The translations under genes and the position numbers were made by a program. The notes below the pieces were generated by a model. The model saw nothing but the letters and a program-made list of their open reading frames with translations, searched no databases and was not told the origin of the DNA. Below, one piece after another: positions 21,209 through 33,660 of a stretch of DNA of 64,000 nt. How positions within the stretch are numbered: the first letter of the stretch is position 1; every line of letters starts with the position of its first letter. This DNA comes from Blepharisma stoltei ATCC 30299 (Eukaryota > Protista > Ciliophora), in NCBI GenBank assembly GCA_965603825.1, contig CBFDEM010000027.1:716131-780130 (forward strand), read 5' to 3'.

Positions 21209-23635
21209 ATGGAGGGAAATAGATATGTAATAAAGCGAGACGGTTCGCGGCAAGAAATAAACACTGAGAAAATCAGAATCAGGCTAGAAAAGCTTATGGA
21301 GGGCCTAAACCACGAGTTCATTAACTTGGATGTCGTAGTAAAAAAGGTTTCAGAAGGAATTTATAACGGCGTCTCTACTTCTCAACTGGATAATTTAGCA
21401 GCTGAGACCTGTGCTTACATGAACATAGTCCACCCGGACTATTCATTGTTAGCTGCTCGTGTTGTCGTGTCAAATCTGCACAAAATGACTAAATCAAGCT
21501 TCTTTGAAGTGATCCATAATCTGCATAACATGACTGACAGCTTGGGCAGACCCGCGCCACTTATAGCAACTGACGTTTATGAGTTCATACAGGCAAACCA
21601 AGAAGTACTTGAAGCTGCGATTGATTTTAACAGGGACTTCGCGTATGACTACTTTGGATTCAAGACTTTGGAGAGAAGCTACTTGTTGAAGATTGATGGG
21701 AAAATTGCGGAAAGGCCTCAGCATATGCTGATGAGAGTTTCTTGTGGGATCCACTTAGGAGATGTGGAAGCTGCAATAAACACTTATAACTTGATGAGCC
21801 AGAAATGGTTTATCCATGGGTCACCAACTTTGTTCAATTCAGGTACCCCAAACAACCAGATGTCTTCCTGCTTCTTGCTTACTATGCAAGATGATAGTAT
21901 TGAAGGAATTTACGAAACCCTAAAGCAGTGTGCACTAATCAGTAAAAGCGCAGGGGGCATTGGACTCAGCGTTCACAATATCAGAGCTGCCTCTTCATAT
22001 ATAAGAGGTACAAATGGGACTTCTAACGGCTTAGTCCCTATGCTCAGAGTCTTCAACGACACTGCCAGATATGTCGACCAAGGTGGCGGAAAAAGAAAAG
22101 GAGCCTTTGCCATTTACCTAGAGCCTTGGCACGCTGATATCTTTGAGTTTCTACTATTGCGAAGAAATACCGGCAAAGAGGAACAACGAGCAAGAGACCT
22201 GTTTTATGGACTTTGGATACCAGATTTATTCATGAAAAGGGTCGAAAGCAACGGAAACTGGACTCTTATGTGTCCAAATGAGTGTCCAGGACTTAGCGAT
22301 GTCTGGGGGGAAGAATTCGACGAGCTCTACCTACGCTATGAAGCTGAAGGAAGAGGCCGAAAAACAATTAAAGCCCAAACCCTCTGGTCCACCATCATTG
22401 ACAGCCAAACAGAAACTGGCACCCCTTATATGCTTTTTAAGGACCATGTTAACCGTTACTCCAACCAGAAAAACCTTGGCACTATTAAGTCCAGTAACTT
22501 GTGTACAGAAATAGTCGAGTATACCTCAAAGGATGAAATTGCAGTCTGCAACTTAGCCTCAATTGCACTGAATAGATATGTGATTGACAGAAAAGTTTTT
22601 GATTTCCAAAAGCTTTTTGAGGTAACTAAAGTTGTGACCTATAACTTAAATAAGATCATTGATAGGAATTTCTACCCTCTCCCACAGTGCGCCAGGTCTA
22701 ACTTCAGACACAGGCCAATTGGTATCGGTGTACAAGGGCTTGCTGATGCTTTTTTGCTATTAAGACTTCCTTTTGAAAGTCCTGAAGCAATGCAGCTAAA
22801 CAGAGACATTTTCGAAACCATTTATTTTGCTGCTTTAACAGCTTCAGCTGAGCTTGCTGAGCGACTTGGCCCTTATGAAACTTATGAAGGCTCCCCTATC
22901 TCTCAAGGCCTTTTCCAATTCGACATGAGAGGGGTCATTCCTTCTTCTCGCTGGGACTGGGACAGCTTAAGAGCCAAAGTTGCCAAATTTGGGGTAAGAA
23001 ACTCCTTATTGGTGGCCCCAATGCCAACAGCCTCAACTTCCCAAATCTTAGGCAACAACGAAAGTTTTGAGCCTTACACTTCCAATATCTACACCCGTAG
23101 AGTCCTTGCGGGCGAATTTGTGTGCTTAAACCCACATCTTGTAAAAGACTTAATTGAAAGAGGTCAATGGACTCACAACGTAAAAAACAAAATCATAGCA
23201 AATAACGGCTCAGTCCAAGAACTTCATGAGATTTCAGCTGATTTAAGGAAACTTTATAAGACCATTTGGGAAGTCCCTCAGAGGACACTTATTGATATGG
23301 CAATCACAAGAATGCCGTTTATAGATCAAAGCCAAAGCTTAAACGTATTTATTTCAGAACCCAGCTTCGGGAAGCTTACGTCTCTGCATTTTTACTGCTG
23401 GAAACGAGGCCTGAAAACTGGGATGTATTATATGAGATCAAGACCTGCGGCAGACGCTATCAAGTTTACAGTTGACGTTGAGAAATTGTTAATTTCTAGT
23501 GGATTTAACACAAAACTTGCAGAAGACTTTGCAAATGATGAAAATTCAGACCCAAACCAGCCTTTGCAAGAGAAGAAAGGGAAAAGGGTTAGTTCGAACG
23601 CAGAAGAAGAAGTTTGTATTTCATGCTCTGGTTAA
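21209..23635 (+). CDS. RRM1: Ribonucleoside-diphosphate reductase large subunit (class Ia)
   Basis: ATP cone [52 protein letters not shown]-terminal CISCSG. Confidence 0.98.
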   Translation: MEGNRYVIKRDGSRQEINTEKIRIRLEKLMEGLNHEFINLDVVVKKVSEGIYNGVSTSQLDNLAAETCAYMNIVHPDYSLLAARVVVSNLHKMTKSSFFEVIHNLHNMTDSLGRPAPLIATDVYEFIQANQEVLEAAIDFNRDFAYDYFGFKTLERSYLLKIDGKIAERPQHMLMRVSCGIHLGDVEAAINTYNLMSQKWFIHGSPTLFNSGTPNNQMSSCFLLTMQDDSIEGIYETLKQCALISKSAGGIGLSVHNIRAASSYIRGTNGTSNGLVPMLRVFNDTARYVDQGGGKRKGAFAIYLEPWHADIFEFLLLRRNTGKEEQRARDLFYGLWIPDLFMKRVESNGNWTLMCPNECPGLSDVWGEEFDELYLRYEAEGRGRKTIKAQTLWSTIIDSQTETGTPYMLFKDHVNRYSNQKNLGTIKSSNLCTEIVEYTSKDEIAVCNLASIALNRYVIDRKVFDFQKLFEVTKVVTYNLNKIIDRNFYPLPQCARSNFRHRPIGIGVQGLADAFLLLRLPFESPEAMQLNRDIFETIYFAALTASAELAERLGPYETYEGSPISQGLFQFDMRGVIPSSRWDWDSLRAKVAKFGVRNSLLVAPMPTASTSQILGNNESFEPYTSNIYTRRVLAGEFVCLNPHLVKDLIERGQWTHNVKNKIIANNGSVQELHEISADLRKLYKTIWEVPQRTLIDMAITRMPFIDQSQSLNVFISEPSFGKLTSLHFYCWKRGLKTGMYYMRSRPAADAIKFTVDVEKLLISSGFNTKLAEDFANDENSDPNQPLQEKKGKRVSSNAEEEVCISCSG

Positions 23636-23709
23636 TTTTAATTAATCTTGAATTATTATGGTAATTTTTGTGCTAATTTTGATTAATTTTATAATTTTTA
23701 ATGGTAAAT

Positions 23710-26229
23710 TTAAAATCTCATATCAATTCTTGGCTCATGACCCAAAATCGAAGAGTCACTTTTGTCCCAGTTTTTGTTGAAATTAAAAGAAAATTCAACA
23801 GGAGAGTATGTGAAAAGTCCTTGAATGTGGTCAAAAATAGCTGCACTGTAGGAGTAGCTTAAAAAGTGCTCTTTAGGAGAAAAGGTCCTGAACTCCAAAC
23901 TGCAGTCATCAAAGGTAGATGGGATTATTTGGTGATAGGCAGCACCTAAAGAGACTGCATAGTCTGGGGCAGAAACTTTATTCCCAAATGCGTCAAGAGC
24001 GTGCTTTTGGACTGTCTGGAAGCCAAGATCAAGTCTATGGGCAATAATTTCATTAACTGCTTGATCTCTTGACAGTTCTGACGACACAAATGACTGATAA
24101 GGCTGGCTTGAACCTAAATCTTCAGTCCTTGGCCAAAAATCAGTCGTAAGTGGCAACAATAGAGGCTCTAAAATTGCATTCCACAATGATTCATAATACT
24201 CCAATGCATCTTTATTATACAAGCTTGAATCCCCATCCAAAATACTTTCAGGAAACTCTGTAACTACAGGAAAAGCTTGCCCCCATCTTCTTTTAAATGA
24301 GGAAAACCTCTTTTTGTATATATGCGAGGACATATGTGTATGCTCAGAGCCCATCTTAGGATCTCTTTCACTATTTCTCGACCAATCGTGCATGCTGTCT
24401 CTTCTTCCACTCTCTACACTGCCTCTTCTCGGTGACAGTGACATACTATCGCCGCTGCCCTCGCTCATTTTCCGCTTATTCAGTTCTCCTAATAAAGAAT
24501 TGCTGGAATTATTGATTTTTGGCATCGTTAATTTATCATTAGTCCTTCGGCTTCTAGGGCTGGCCAGCTCGTCAAAACTCCCTATTGCTAAATTTTCATT
24601 TCCAGATGATTTTATAAGGAAAAGACTTTTATTGAGGGTCACGTGAATTGTGGAGAGTCTAAATAAGGGGTGAAACTTGTGAGGACGCTCATGGGTGATG
24701 GTATGGACTGAACTTTGGAGATTACAGGTGCCTTCAAGCTGTACAAAAGAGTAGAACCAATGGGTCCGAAACCAGTATGGGCAGGTGTAGTTTTTTATGT
24801 TGTTTTCTTCAGATCTCATTATAACTTCGTCGAAATCGTCGTCAATAGAAGAGACGGTAGGCTGGGCGTCATAAATTAGCATAGGGGTGGGGTGCATAGG
24901 TTTTCGCCTCAGACACATTACTTCGAGGGTAGCTCCAAAAGCTAATACACGGACCTTGGTAAGTTTTATAAGTTTTTTATTAGTGTAGTAAACTGAATTT
25001 CCAGCTGAAATTACTATTAACTCAGCCCCAGTGTAGCTGCTTTTCTTTTCGTTTTCTTGTGTTTGCAAGCGATTTAAGGTAAAATTGATAGCCTCTAGAA
25101 AGTTTGTATTTTTAGATGACGCTAAAGAGGTAGAATAATGAGTCAAAGATGCAAGCGACTGGGATACATTATATATAAGTGATTGGTGGAACCCTTGGAA
25201 TATTTCTGAGTTTTCATTGAATTTTTCTAATGGAAATAGCTGCAAAAATGCATCCCCAGTTATCCCAGAGTCAGTTTTCCAATTAATTAGTGAAGGAAAA
25301 AACATGATTTCTCTTTTAATAATCTTCATAACGTCTTTAAAAGAGTTTCTGATATCAGAAGTTTTCAAAATCTCCTTATATACATCAATATAAGGCCTTT
25401 TTTTGGTGTCAACTTGGTAGCCAATACTTCAAGCTTCATCACAAGAGATAGGTATAAAGACTCGGCAATAGAAAATGACGGTGATTTCATGAGAAGTTTT
25501 TTTTAGTATTTGCCTTTCAAAAGCAGTCATTAATAGAGAAATCACTTTTTCTCAGTAAAGTAGCCCGCTTGGGGAATGCTCCCACATTTCTTTGGATAAT
25601 TCTATTAATCATATAGTTTTGGCTGATTTTGATCTATAGGTGATTTTTGTATCTTTTGTGATAACACCGCTTAAGCCGCTTTTCCTTTCTACAATTAAGT
25701 CACTTATTTCAGTTCTCACGCCATTTTTTGATAGCCTTTGGCTTTTGTATACAGCAGAGTCCCTAAATGCTTGGGAAAGCTTTCACATTTCGCCTCTCCC
25801 CAAGCTTTGATCTTTTATAGACACCAGCACTGCCTGTAGTTCATATTTTGCTAAATCCGGCCTCCTCACATTTACATCTAAGTTCCTCAAATGGTTTATA
25901 TTTAGTACTGAAGCTAGCTGTGTGCTTATACTGAGTGTAATATTCGCTTTATTAGTCATTGAGGTCGAAGTCACTTGCACCACAAATGGCTGGGCTGAAT
26001 TATCATTTGGGATGATTTCCAAAATATCTTTATCCTGTACTCCATGGAAAACATCACTATTGATAATTAAATCTGCGCTTGAAAACTGTGGGGTGTGGAA
26101 CGTGGACTGGAAAACCTCATTTACCCACTCTTCAGCCTCATGTGACTCAGGCTGCTTTTCAGTCTTTTTCATGAAGTTTTTCCACCGAGACTTGACAGCT
26201 TTCTTATTTTTCCCATCATTTTTATTCAT
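23710..26229 (-). CDS. DEPDC5: DEPDC5/Iml1-like GATOR1 subunit (~839 aa, no DEP or C-terminal domain)
   Basis: ORFs 25783-26229 and 23710-25368 joined via TGAs through TKITYRSKSA..IELSKEMW; NFLEAIN, LLPLTTDFWP, HRLDLGFQ motifs. Confidence 0.85.
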
Positions 26230-26238
26230 TTTAAGAGA

Positions 26239-27621
26239 TTAACTATCTACTTGTTGAGGCTGAGCCACTTGAGGCCTGAGGGTTGTTTCTAGGTTGATAG
26301 GCTCGCCCATCATTCTTTCCCAAAGGTTCAGCACGTCATCGCATGCGCTTTCAAAGTGTGAGGTGGCGTCATAAGATTTGCTAACGAATAAATTGTCAGC
26401 TCTTCCGTCTTCTGTAGGCTCAAAGGTATCATAAACTTTAATGAAAGATACAAGAACATCTCCTATAAGTTGGTAAGCTGGCTGTAGTTCGGCTTCTGGG
26501 GCGTCAGTTTCGACACTGGTACTGCAGATTGCGATATAATAGCCTTCAGAACAGACACAGTGAGAGCTGGACATAAAGGAAACGTAAATATCATTGCGTC
26601 GTCCTACTTGGCGTTGTGGGATTATAATTTGGCCTGAAGGAGCATTATCACTATTAGGAACCGGATGATTGAGGATGCAGATAGCTCTGATGACTCTTCC
26701 TGTAGATCTTGCTTTATTGAGGTTTAACACATAAGAAGGGTCACATAAAATCAATGGAGCTCTAGCCACTTCACCTTCAGCTCTGACCCCACAGACTTTT
26801 CCATCTTCTCCAAATAGGATTTCGTCAATTGGCTTGTTCAGCATATAAGTGCCTCCGTATATAGCAGAAAGTCTAGAAAACCCTTCAGCGATACCACCAA
26901 TACCGTAGACTGGGTATAAGAAAGGAGAATTCCCATACAGCCCAATGCTGTCCATGTACAGCTTAGCTTTCATTATCAAATCGTGGCTTGGCTGGTCCAA
27001 AAAGGCATCACTAGTATAAAGCGCAACCGCGTGGCCTATAAAATCAATAGTGTTTTCTTCCAGCCCAAACGCAGCGAACAGTTCTCTGCCTGGCTGCCTC
27101 TGCAAGTTCATGTTTTTGTGAGTCGCTGGGTCATTTGGCTCGTAGTTTTGGACGAATTTGAAGAATTTCTTGCATCTTCGCTTCTCAAAGAGCCCCATAA
27201 GGTCGCTTTTGAGGGCTTCAGAGTCTGTGGCAGGGACTTTGTGAACCTTGGCTTTAGCCTTTGAAAAGACGCCGCCAGCTGAGACTTGCATAACATAGGA
27301 GCCGTCGACACATTTCCATTCCAAATTATTGGCGACAGTCTCTGTATGAAGAATGAGCTTGACGAGTTTGCCATTGGCCATAGTAAACTTAGGGATGAGG
27401 TCGACGTTCCATTCTCTGTTAGCTCCAAGTTCTGCAGGAGGTTCTGTGCCTGGGTAGAAAACTCTATAAAGATTGGTCAAGTTTAATGATGCTGTTTCGC
27501 CTCCATAAAAATTGTTGCGGTCTAAATGCAATACTTTCTTGCCGTGGGCGGACAGCAGGCCAGAAATGATACATTCTGTGAGTCCGGTTCCCAAGACTAT
27601 AGCATCGTATGTTTCTTCCAT
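26239..27621 (-). CDS. GDI1: Rab GDP dissociation inhibitor
   Basis: YDAIVLGTGLTECIISGLLS..GKKVLHLDRNNFYGG, NVDLIPKF, SPFLYPVYG, FSRLSAIYGGTYML, SYDATSHFE. Confidence 0.97.
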   Translation of the reverse strand: MEETYDAIVLGTGLTECIISGLLSAHGKKVLHLDRNNFYGGETASLNLTNLYRVFYPGTEPPAELGANREWNVDLIPKFTMANGKLVKLILHTETVANNLEWKCVDGSYVMQVSAGGVFSKAKAKVHKVPATDSEALKSDLMGLFEKRRCKKFFKFVQNYEPNDPATHKNMNLQRQPGRELFAAFGLEENTIDFIGHAVALYTSDAFLDQPSHDLIMKAKLYMDSIGLYGNSPFLYPVYGIGGIAEGFSRLSAIYGGTYMLNKPIDEILFGEDGKVCGVRAEGEVARAPLILCDPSYVLNLNKARSTGRVIRAICILNHPVPNSDNAPSGQIIIPQRQVGRRNDIYVSFMSSSHCVCSEGYYIAICSTSVETDAPEAELQPAYQLIGDVLVSFIKVYDTFEPTEDGRADNLFVSKSYDATSHFESACDDVLNLWERMMGEPINLETTLRPQVAQPQQVDS

Positions 27622-27684
27622 TTTCTATTACAATTGATTAACAATATCCACAAAAAGTTTTAAAATTTAGTCATCTCTATTTAT

Positions 27685-29844
27685 TTAGTCATCATCATTA
27701 CCTTCTCTGCGAACCTTTTCTTGGTAGTGCATCTTCAGCTCTTCAAGCGCTCCAGGGTCAACAGGTTCTAGTCTGCTAAACTCCATTGAAAACTCTCCTT
27801 GTCCTTGTGTGTTTCCTCTAATTTCACTTGCATACCCGAACATTTGGGCTAGTGGCGCTTCTGCAATAATCCCAGCAGTCCCATCAGCCCTGGTAAAAGT
27901 GTCCTTCACAAGAGCTCTTCTTTTAACGAGACCATTAATAACAGTAGCTTGACAGTCATGAGGGGCCGTAATTTCGACAGTCATAACAGGTTCTAATACA
28001 GTAGGTTTCGCATTGGGAAAAGCATGCCTAAAAGACTGCTTTGTGGCGGTCATAAAAGCGTTTGAGTTAGAATCGACAACGTGGGTCTGGCCATCAATCA
28101 GGACATATTGTAAGTTAAGCACTGGGTAGCCGACCTGTGGGCCTTTCTTGCAGCACTCTAAGAAGGCTTTTTGAATTGCAGCTTTGAATTCTCCTCCTAT
28201 GTTGTTACCAATAGTTTTGTCGACGAATCTGCTTGGGACAAGCTCGCCTGGCTTGAGATCTGGGATTGGTTCAATGTACCCTTGGACCCCAGCGTACTGT
28301 CCGTTACCTCCTGTCTGTTTTTTGTGCAAATAGTTAAAATCAGCTCGGCCATGGATCGTTTCTCTATAATTTACAGCTGGAGCGCCTAATTCGACTGGCA
28401 ACTCAAACTCCCTTCTAATTCTTTCAGCGTAAATCTGCAAATGCAGCTCTCCCATACCCGAAATAATAGTTTCGTTGCTTTCCTCGTCTATTTTTACTCT
28501 AAATGTAGGGTCTTCTCTTTGGAATTTCGCCAAGGCTTTATTAAACTTGATCCCTGCATTTTTTTCAATTGGCCTAATAGATAAAGAAATGACAGGCTCA
28601 GGAACATACATAGACGACATTGCGTAGTTTACAGTTCCATCAGTAAAGGTATCCCCACTGTTGCATTCAATACCAAATAATGCGCAGATGTCGCCAGCCT
28701 CACTTTCATTGATTTCTGCCATTTCGTTAGAGTGCATTCTCACCATTCTAGAAATTTTGGTTCGTTTTTTGGTGGATGTGTTTATGATGTAGTCGCCCTT
28801 TTTTAATCTACCTTGATAAATACGGATATAGGTAAGCTGGCCAAAGCGGTTTTCTTCAAGCTTGAAGGCAAGACAGACTAAAGGCAGTTTTGGATCGATT
28901 TTTAGCTCAACTTTGGCTTCTTCTTTGTCGAGGTCAAGTCCTACGTTTTTTACTTCATATGGACTAGGCAAATAGTCACCCACAGCGTCAAGGACGAGCT
29001 GTGCACCTTTATTTTTGTAAGCTGAGCCCATCAGTATAGGAGAAAACTTAAGGGCAATTGTAGACCTCCTGACTGCATCTTTAATTTCTTGATTTGTCAG
29101 CGTTTCTCCATTCAAAAACTTGTCGCCGATAAAATCGTCTACATCAGCTAAATTTTCAATCAATTCTTGTCTAGTTTGTTGTGTTTTTTCTAGCATGTTT
29201 TCAGGGATAGCTATTTCTGTTGGGATTTCTCCATATCTTCCTTGGAAATTATATGCTTTTCTCTCAATGACATCAATAATCCCACTAAATGTATCTTCTT
29301 GCCCTATCGGCAGCTGGATCAAGGCAGACCTCACTGGGATTTTTTGCTTTATTGAGTTATAGGTCGTTAAATAGTTGGACCCAGCCCTGTCCAGTTTATT
29401 AATAAAAGTCAGCCTGGGCACATTATATCTCCTCATCTGTCGGTCCACAGTCATAGTTTGGCTTTGCACCCCACTGGCACCACACACAAGTAGAACCGCG
29501 CCGTCTAACACCCTTAAAGCTCTTTCGACCTCAATAGTGAAATCGACATGTCCTGGGGTGTCGATAAGGTTGATATTGATATCTTTCCACTTACAATATG
29601 TGGCTGCACTTTGGATGGTGATCCCCCTTTCTCTTTCGAGCTCCATAGAGTCCATTTTGGCGCCGACTTTGTCATTGCCTTTGACTTCGTGGATCTCTTT
29701 GATTTTTCCTGTGTAAAAAAGGACTCTTTCGGTGAACGTGGTCTTTCCGCTGTCAATGTGAGCGGAAATTCCAATGTTGCGAGTTCTGGTCATGTCGGAG
29801 AAGGAACGACGAAGAAGAGGGAATCGTCGAAGCCACACCTGCAT
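27685..29844 (-). CDS. GFM1: Mitochondrial elongation factor G1
   Basis: Arg-rich presequence; RNIGISAHIDSGKTT, ERERGITIQSAA, DTPGHVDF, NKLD, SGMGELHL, QGQGEFSMEF. Confidence 0.96.
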   Translation of the reverse strand: MQVWLRRFPLLRRSFSDMTRTRNIGISAHIDSGKTTFTERVLFYTGKIKEIHEVKGNDKVGAKMDSMELERERGITIQSAATYCKWKDININLIDTPGHVDFTIEVERALRVLDGAVLLVCGASGVQSQTMTVDRQMRRYNVPRLTFINKLDRAGSNYLTTYNSIKQKIPVRSALIQLPIGQEDTFSGIIDVIERKAYNFQGRYGEIPTEIAIPENMLEKTQQTRQELIENLADVDDFIGDKFLNGETLTNQEIKDAVRRSTIALKFSPILMGSAYKNKGAQLVLDAVGDYLPSPYEVKNVGLDLDKEEAKVELKIDPKLPLVCLAFKLEENRFGQLTYIRIYQGRLKKGDYIINTSTKKRTKISRMVRMHSNEMAEINESEAGDICALFGIECNSGDTFTDGTVNYAMSSMYVPEPVISLSIRPIEKNAGIKFNKALAKFQREDPTFRVKIDEESNETIISGMGELHLQIYAERIRREFELPVELGAPAVNYRETIHGRADFNYLHKKQTGGNGQYAGVQGYIEPIPDLKPGELVPSRFVDKTIGNNIGGEFKAAIQKAFLECCKKGPQVGYPVLNLQYVLIDGQTHVVDSNSNAFMTATKQSFRHAFPNAKPTVLEPVMTVEITAPHDCQATVINGLVKRRALVKDTFTRADGTAGIIAEAPLAQMFGYASEIRGNTQGQGEFSMEFSRLEPVDPGALEELKMHYQEKVRREGNDDD

Positions 29845-30144
29845 ATTTTATTAATAAAATTCACGATGATCATTCATTTTGGTGAGAAGAGCTTAAAATA
29901 GAGAAGCGATTAAGACAGAAATTAAAGAGCTTATATTAATTAATTGGAAGTATTTAAATTAAGAAAGGCAAGACAATATGAAATTTAAAGATATGGAATA
30001 TAATTAATATGTAAAGCTTATCCGAAAATATCGTCATTGCCTCAGGATTTTCATGGTCAAATTTCGATGAAAAATGATGCTAATAAATTATCAGAATTTT
30101 TATATACAACATTTTAATAAATTATTAGGTTTATGAATGAAAAT

Positions 30145-31545
30145 TTATATTTCATCCAAAATTACCAGCTTCGTTTTAATTGAGTTTATGATCATTTCAT
30201 TTACTTGGTCTGCAAAATCAAGCTTTTTCACGTTGTGGGGGTTTATGACACCTAGCTTAACTTCGCTTTCCTTCGCAATTTTATCAATTTCATTTGCTTT
30301 GTCCTTTAATCTTGAGATTCTCTCAACCTTTGGGATTGTCTCGTCTAAAATATCGTCACGAAAATTCATCTTCATAATTGGGATATCAGGGGTTTTTGAA
30401 ATGTCTCTTAAAACCCTTTTATCAGCTAAGTAGTCAGTATAAATAGGCTCTCTTTTCTTCTTAGGCTCAGGAATCATGCTGTTTTTCTTTCAGTTTCGCT
30501 TCATAACGCTTCCTCTAGATTCAGTGTCAGAGCTGGTGTCTTTTTTGATGCTCCAGCTTTTAGAAGACGAGGTAGATTCTGATGTTTTTATAATAGAAAC
30601 ATGACGAGATTTCTCTAAAGATTTTATTTCTTTTAAAGGATCTGTTTTTGGAGGAAATATTTCTCTCACGATTTCTGCGTATTGTATTCTTTTAGCCAAG
30701 TAAAATTTTTTCGCTTGTTTTGCCTTTTCTTTTTCCTCTTTTAGAAGTTTTTCTTCTTCAATAATTTTAGCAGTAAATAGTGACTTTTCTGATAGTGCTG
30801 AGGAATTTACTTTATACTGTAAGGATTGATTTTTTAAATCTTGGATCCTTCGTAAATCGTGCTCTTTTTTCAGTTCATCATGATGTTTCATATAAGATAA
30901 AAGCTCCTGATGGTTTAAAGGCTTATGCAGAAGCTTCAGCTTTTTTAACTCATTTTTCTGCTTTTCCTGCTCCTGCATCAAAATATCATTCTCATACGAT
31001 TTTTCAATTTTTTGAAATAAAGGCTCTTCTGATATGACTTTTCGATAGTCTTTTTCACCAATTTCTCTTAAAGTCGCAATTTCTTTTTTTCTTCTTTCTG
31101 ATTTCTTTTTAAGCTCATTAAGTCTTTGCATTCTTCTTTCTTCGAATATTTTTAAATTTTCTTCTTCAGCTTTTTTCTTTTCGTTTTCTTCTTGCAGTCA
31201 TTTTTTAATTAATTTTTCTTCTCTTTGTTTTTGACGTTGGGCCATTTCATAGGCTTCTTTTCGCAATTTTTTGGCGAATATTTTGGCCTCTTCAGTTTTT
31301 AGTTCAGAATTTTTATAGAATTCTTCTATTAGTAATTTCCTGGCTGGAGTTTTATGATTTTCGTGGGATTTCGACCTTACTTTTTTGGATTTTAAATTTT
31401 CAAGTCTGGATTTTTCGATTTCTTTTTGCTTTATGCTTCCAAATAATTTTTTAACCAGCTCTGTCTGGATTTTTATAATAGAGTTTTGAGTTAGATTTGT
31501 AAATTCCAATAAATCCAAAGCGTTTGAAAAATATTTAGATACCAT
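30145..31545 (-). CDS. Hypothetical K/E-rich coiled-coil protein (~466 aa)
   Basis: Three track ORFs in one frame joined by TGA at 31198 and 30490; TAA at 30145. Confidence 0.75.
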
Positions 31546-31850
31546 TACAGATTAAAATTATTGAAATTAATAATTTTTATAGGAAATTTTCTTTGGTAAG
31601 TGGTTAATAAATAATGCCTATCATAAATATAACCAAAATAAGTGTGGCTGCATTAATCCGATTATAATTTTAACTAAATTTTTACTTTTGTTTATAATTT
31701 CTTTTCTTCAAACCTAATTATTGAGATTCATTTTTATTAATTAGACATCTGAGTTACAATATATACTTTGTACAATTCATTAAGAAAATTATAAAGACAT
31801 TTTAATTAATTTTTTTCCCAATATCTTAATCAATATGTTACAATATTTTA

Positions 31851-33164
31851 ATGATAATACTTCTGCTATTTTTACCTTTTGCTGCCAGTCAATTAATTAC
31901 CCAAACAAATAGCATCGAATACATTCAATTAACGATAGAAGAAAGTATGATTCCTACCAATGGCGATCTTGTTATCCAATTATCATCAAAATCAGAATCA
32001 GTCCCACTCCTAATGCTTGTGAAAAAGGACTATAATCCAACTTTTTATTTCGACAATGATAAAGGAGACTATGTATGAAACACCACTTATGTCGACTTTG
32101 AAGCGTGGAGCCAAAATTGGCCTACAAGCTACATAATATTAGCAGGGAGCTCCCTTGCTGTTGGATATACTTACCATATTGGAGTATACTCAGAAGTAAT
32201 TGGTGTATCGTATACCCTATCAACATTTTCAAAAGAAATTGATAAATGTGTGCCTACTTGCACTCCTGGCAGTGTCTGCAAAGGAGGGATGTGTGACTGC
32301 TCTGGAGGGTATTATTCAGGATATGAATGTGGAGTTATTTTTACAAAAGTCCAAGTAAATGACACAGGAAAAGATTTTTATATTAAAAAAGACTCTTGGG
32401 AGTTTTTTTATATTGATATTGCAAATGGAAATGATTTCACAGTAGAAATTACAAAAAAGGCTGGAGACATGAAGTTTTTCTTTACATATTTTACATATGA
32501 CCAGATCCTCCCAAGCATGTTTTCAGCTGACACTGAAATTTGTGTCGGACCTGCTGATGCAAAAGCAGTTTATGATTTTTCAAATAATATTGGGTCTACA
32601 TGGACTTTCTCAGTGTTCTGTGGAAAAGAAGCAGACTGTGAATATAGCATAAAAGTAAGCTATTGCTCGAGCTGGGACCAGTTTTACATATGGCTGACTG
32701 TAGCAGCAGTTGCTACTTCCTCGTTTATATGCTGCCTAATTCCTATCATTATAGAAACTTTAGTTAAGCTTAGGTCTGTACACATAGCTCAGCCTGAGAG
32801 CCAAAGGGTAGACGAACCTCTGAATTCTGAAGAAATAAACAAACTATTCCCTTCAAAAGCGTGGTCGAGCTTTGAAAGAGGGAAAGAATCATGCTCTATA
32901 TGTTTGGAAGAGTTCGAAATACATTCTAGTGTCAGAATGCTGGGTTGTGAGCATTTTTTCCATGCATCATGCATTGATGGGTGAGCCAAAACAAAATCGA
33001 TATGCCCTTTGTGCAAAAAGAGCTTAATAAGTATAGAAAATATTCAAAGAGCTAAAGGAAAATATTATTCTGGACAGCTGCCCAAATCAAATCTAAGGTT
33101 TGTAGAACTTGTAGAAAGTAGTGAAAATGGGACTGAACAAGAAAATCATGCTGCTTTACCTTAA
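31851..33164 (+). CDS. Type I membrane RING-H2 E3 ligase with signal peptide and EGF-like ectodomain (paralog A)
   Basis: Signal peptide; CTPGSVCKGGMCDC..GYEC EGF-like; TM; CSICLEEF...LGCEHFFHASCIDG-W(TGA)-..CPLCK; TAA 33162-33164. Confidence 0.88.
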
Positions 33165-33660
33165 GAATTATTAAATTTGAGTAGGAAAGTTATCAGTTGA
33201 GAGTGAGTAAAAAATAAAATAAAATTGCTTGAATTTAGGATTTTGTTATGAAATAAACTTAGAGTGCTGTCTTATTGGAAATAGTTTAAATGCATTTGAG
33301 CGATTAATAAATGATGCCAAATTCTATTTAGTAGATTGATCATCTTCCATTATATTTTTAAGTTAAATATTTTTCAATTTTTATAATAAATCTTTTAATC
33401 AGGATATTAAGGCTAATGATAGTATTATTTGAAGTATTATTTAAAGTAGCTTATAAATAAATTTGATTATTTTTATAAATTATTGGTCGAATTGAGCATT
33501 GCATATTGTGCCAAGCTAATTCTTTTTCTTTAAATGCTATAGATGTCGCATTAGTCTTCCATACATTTGACTTCTTATTTTATAAAAATTTAAGTATTTT
33601 CTAGAATATATTTCATATATAGAATTTGCATTTATATTTTGCATATAATTATAAATAATT

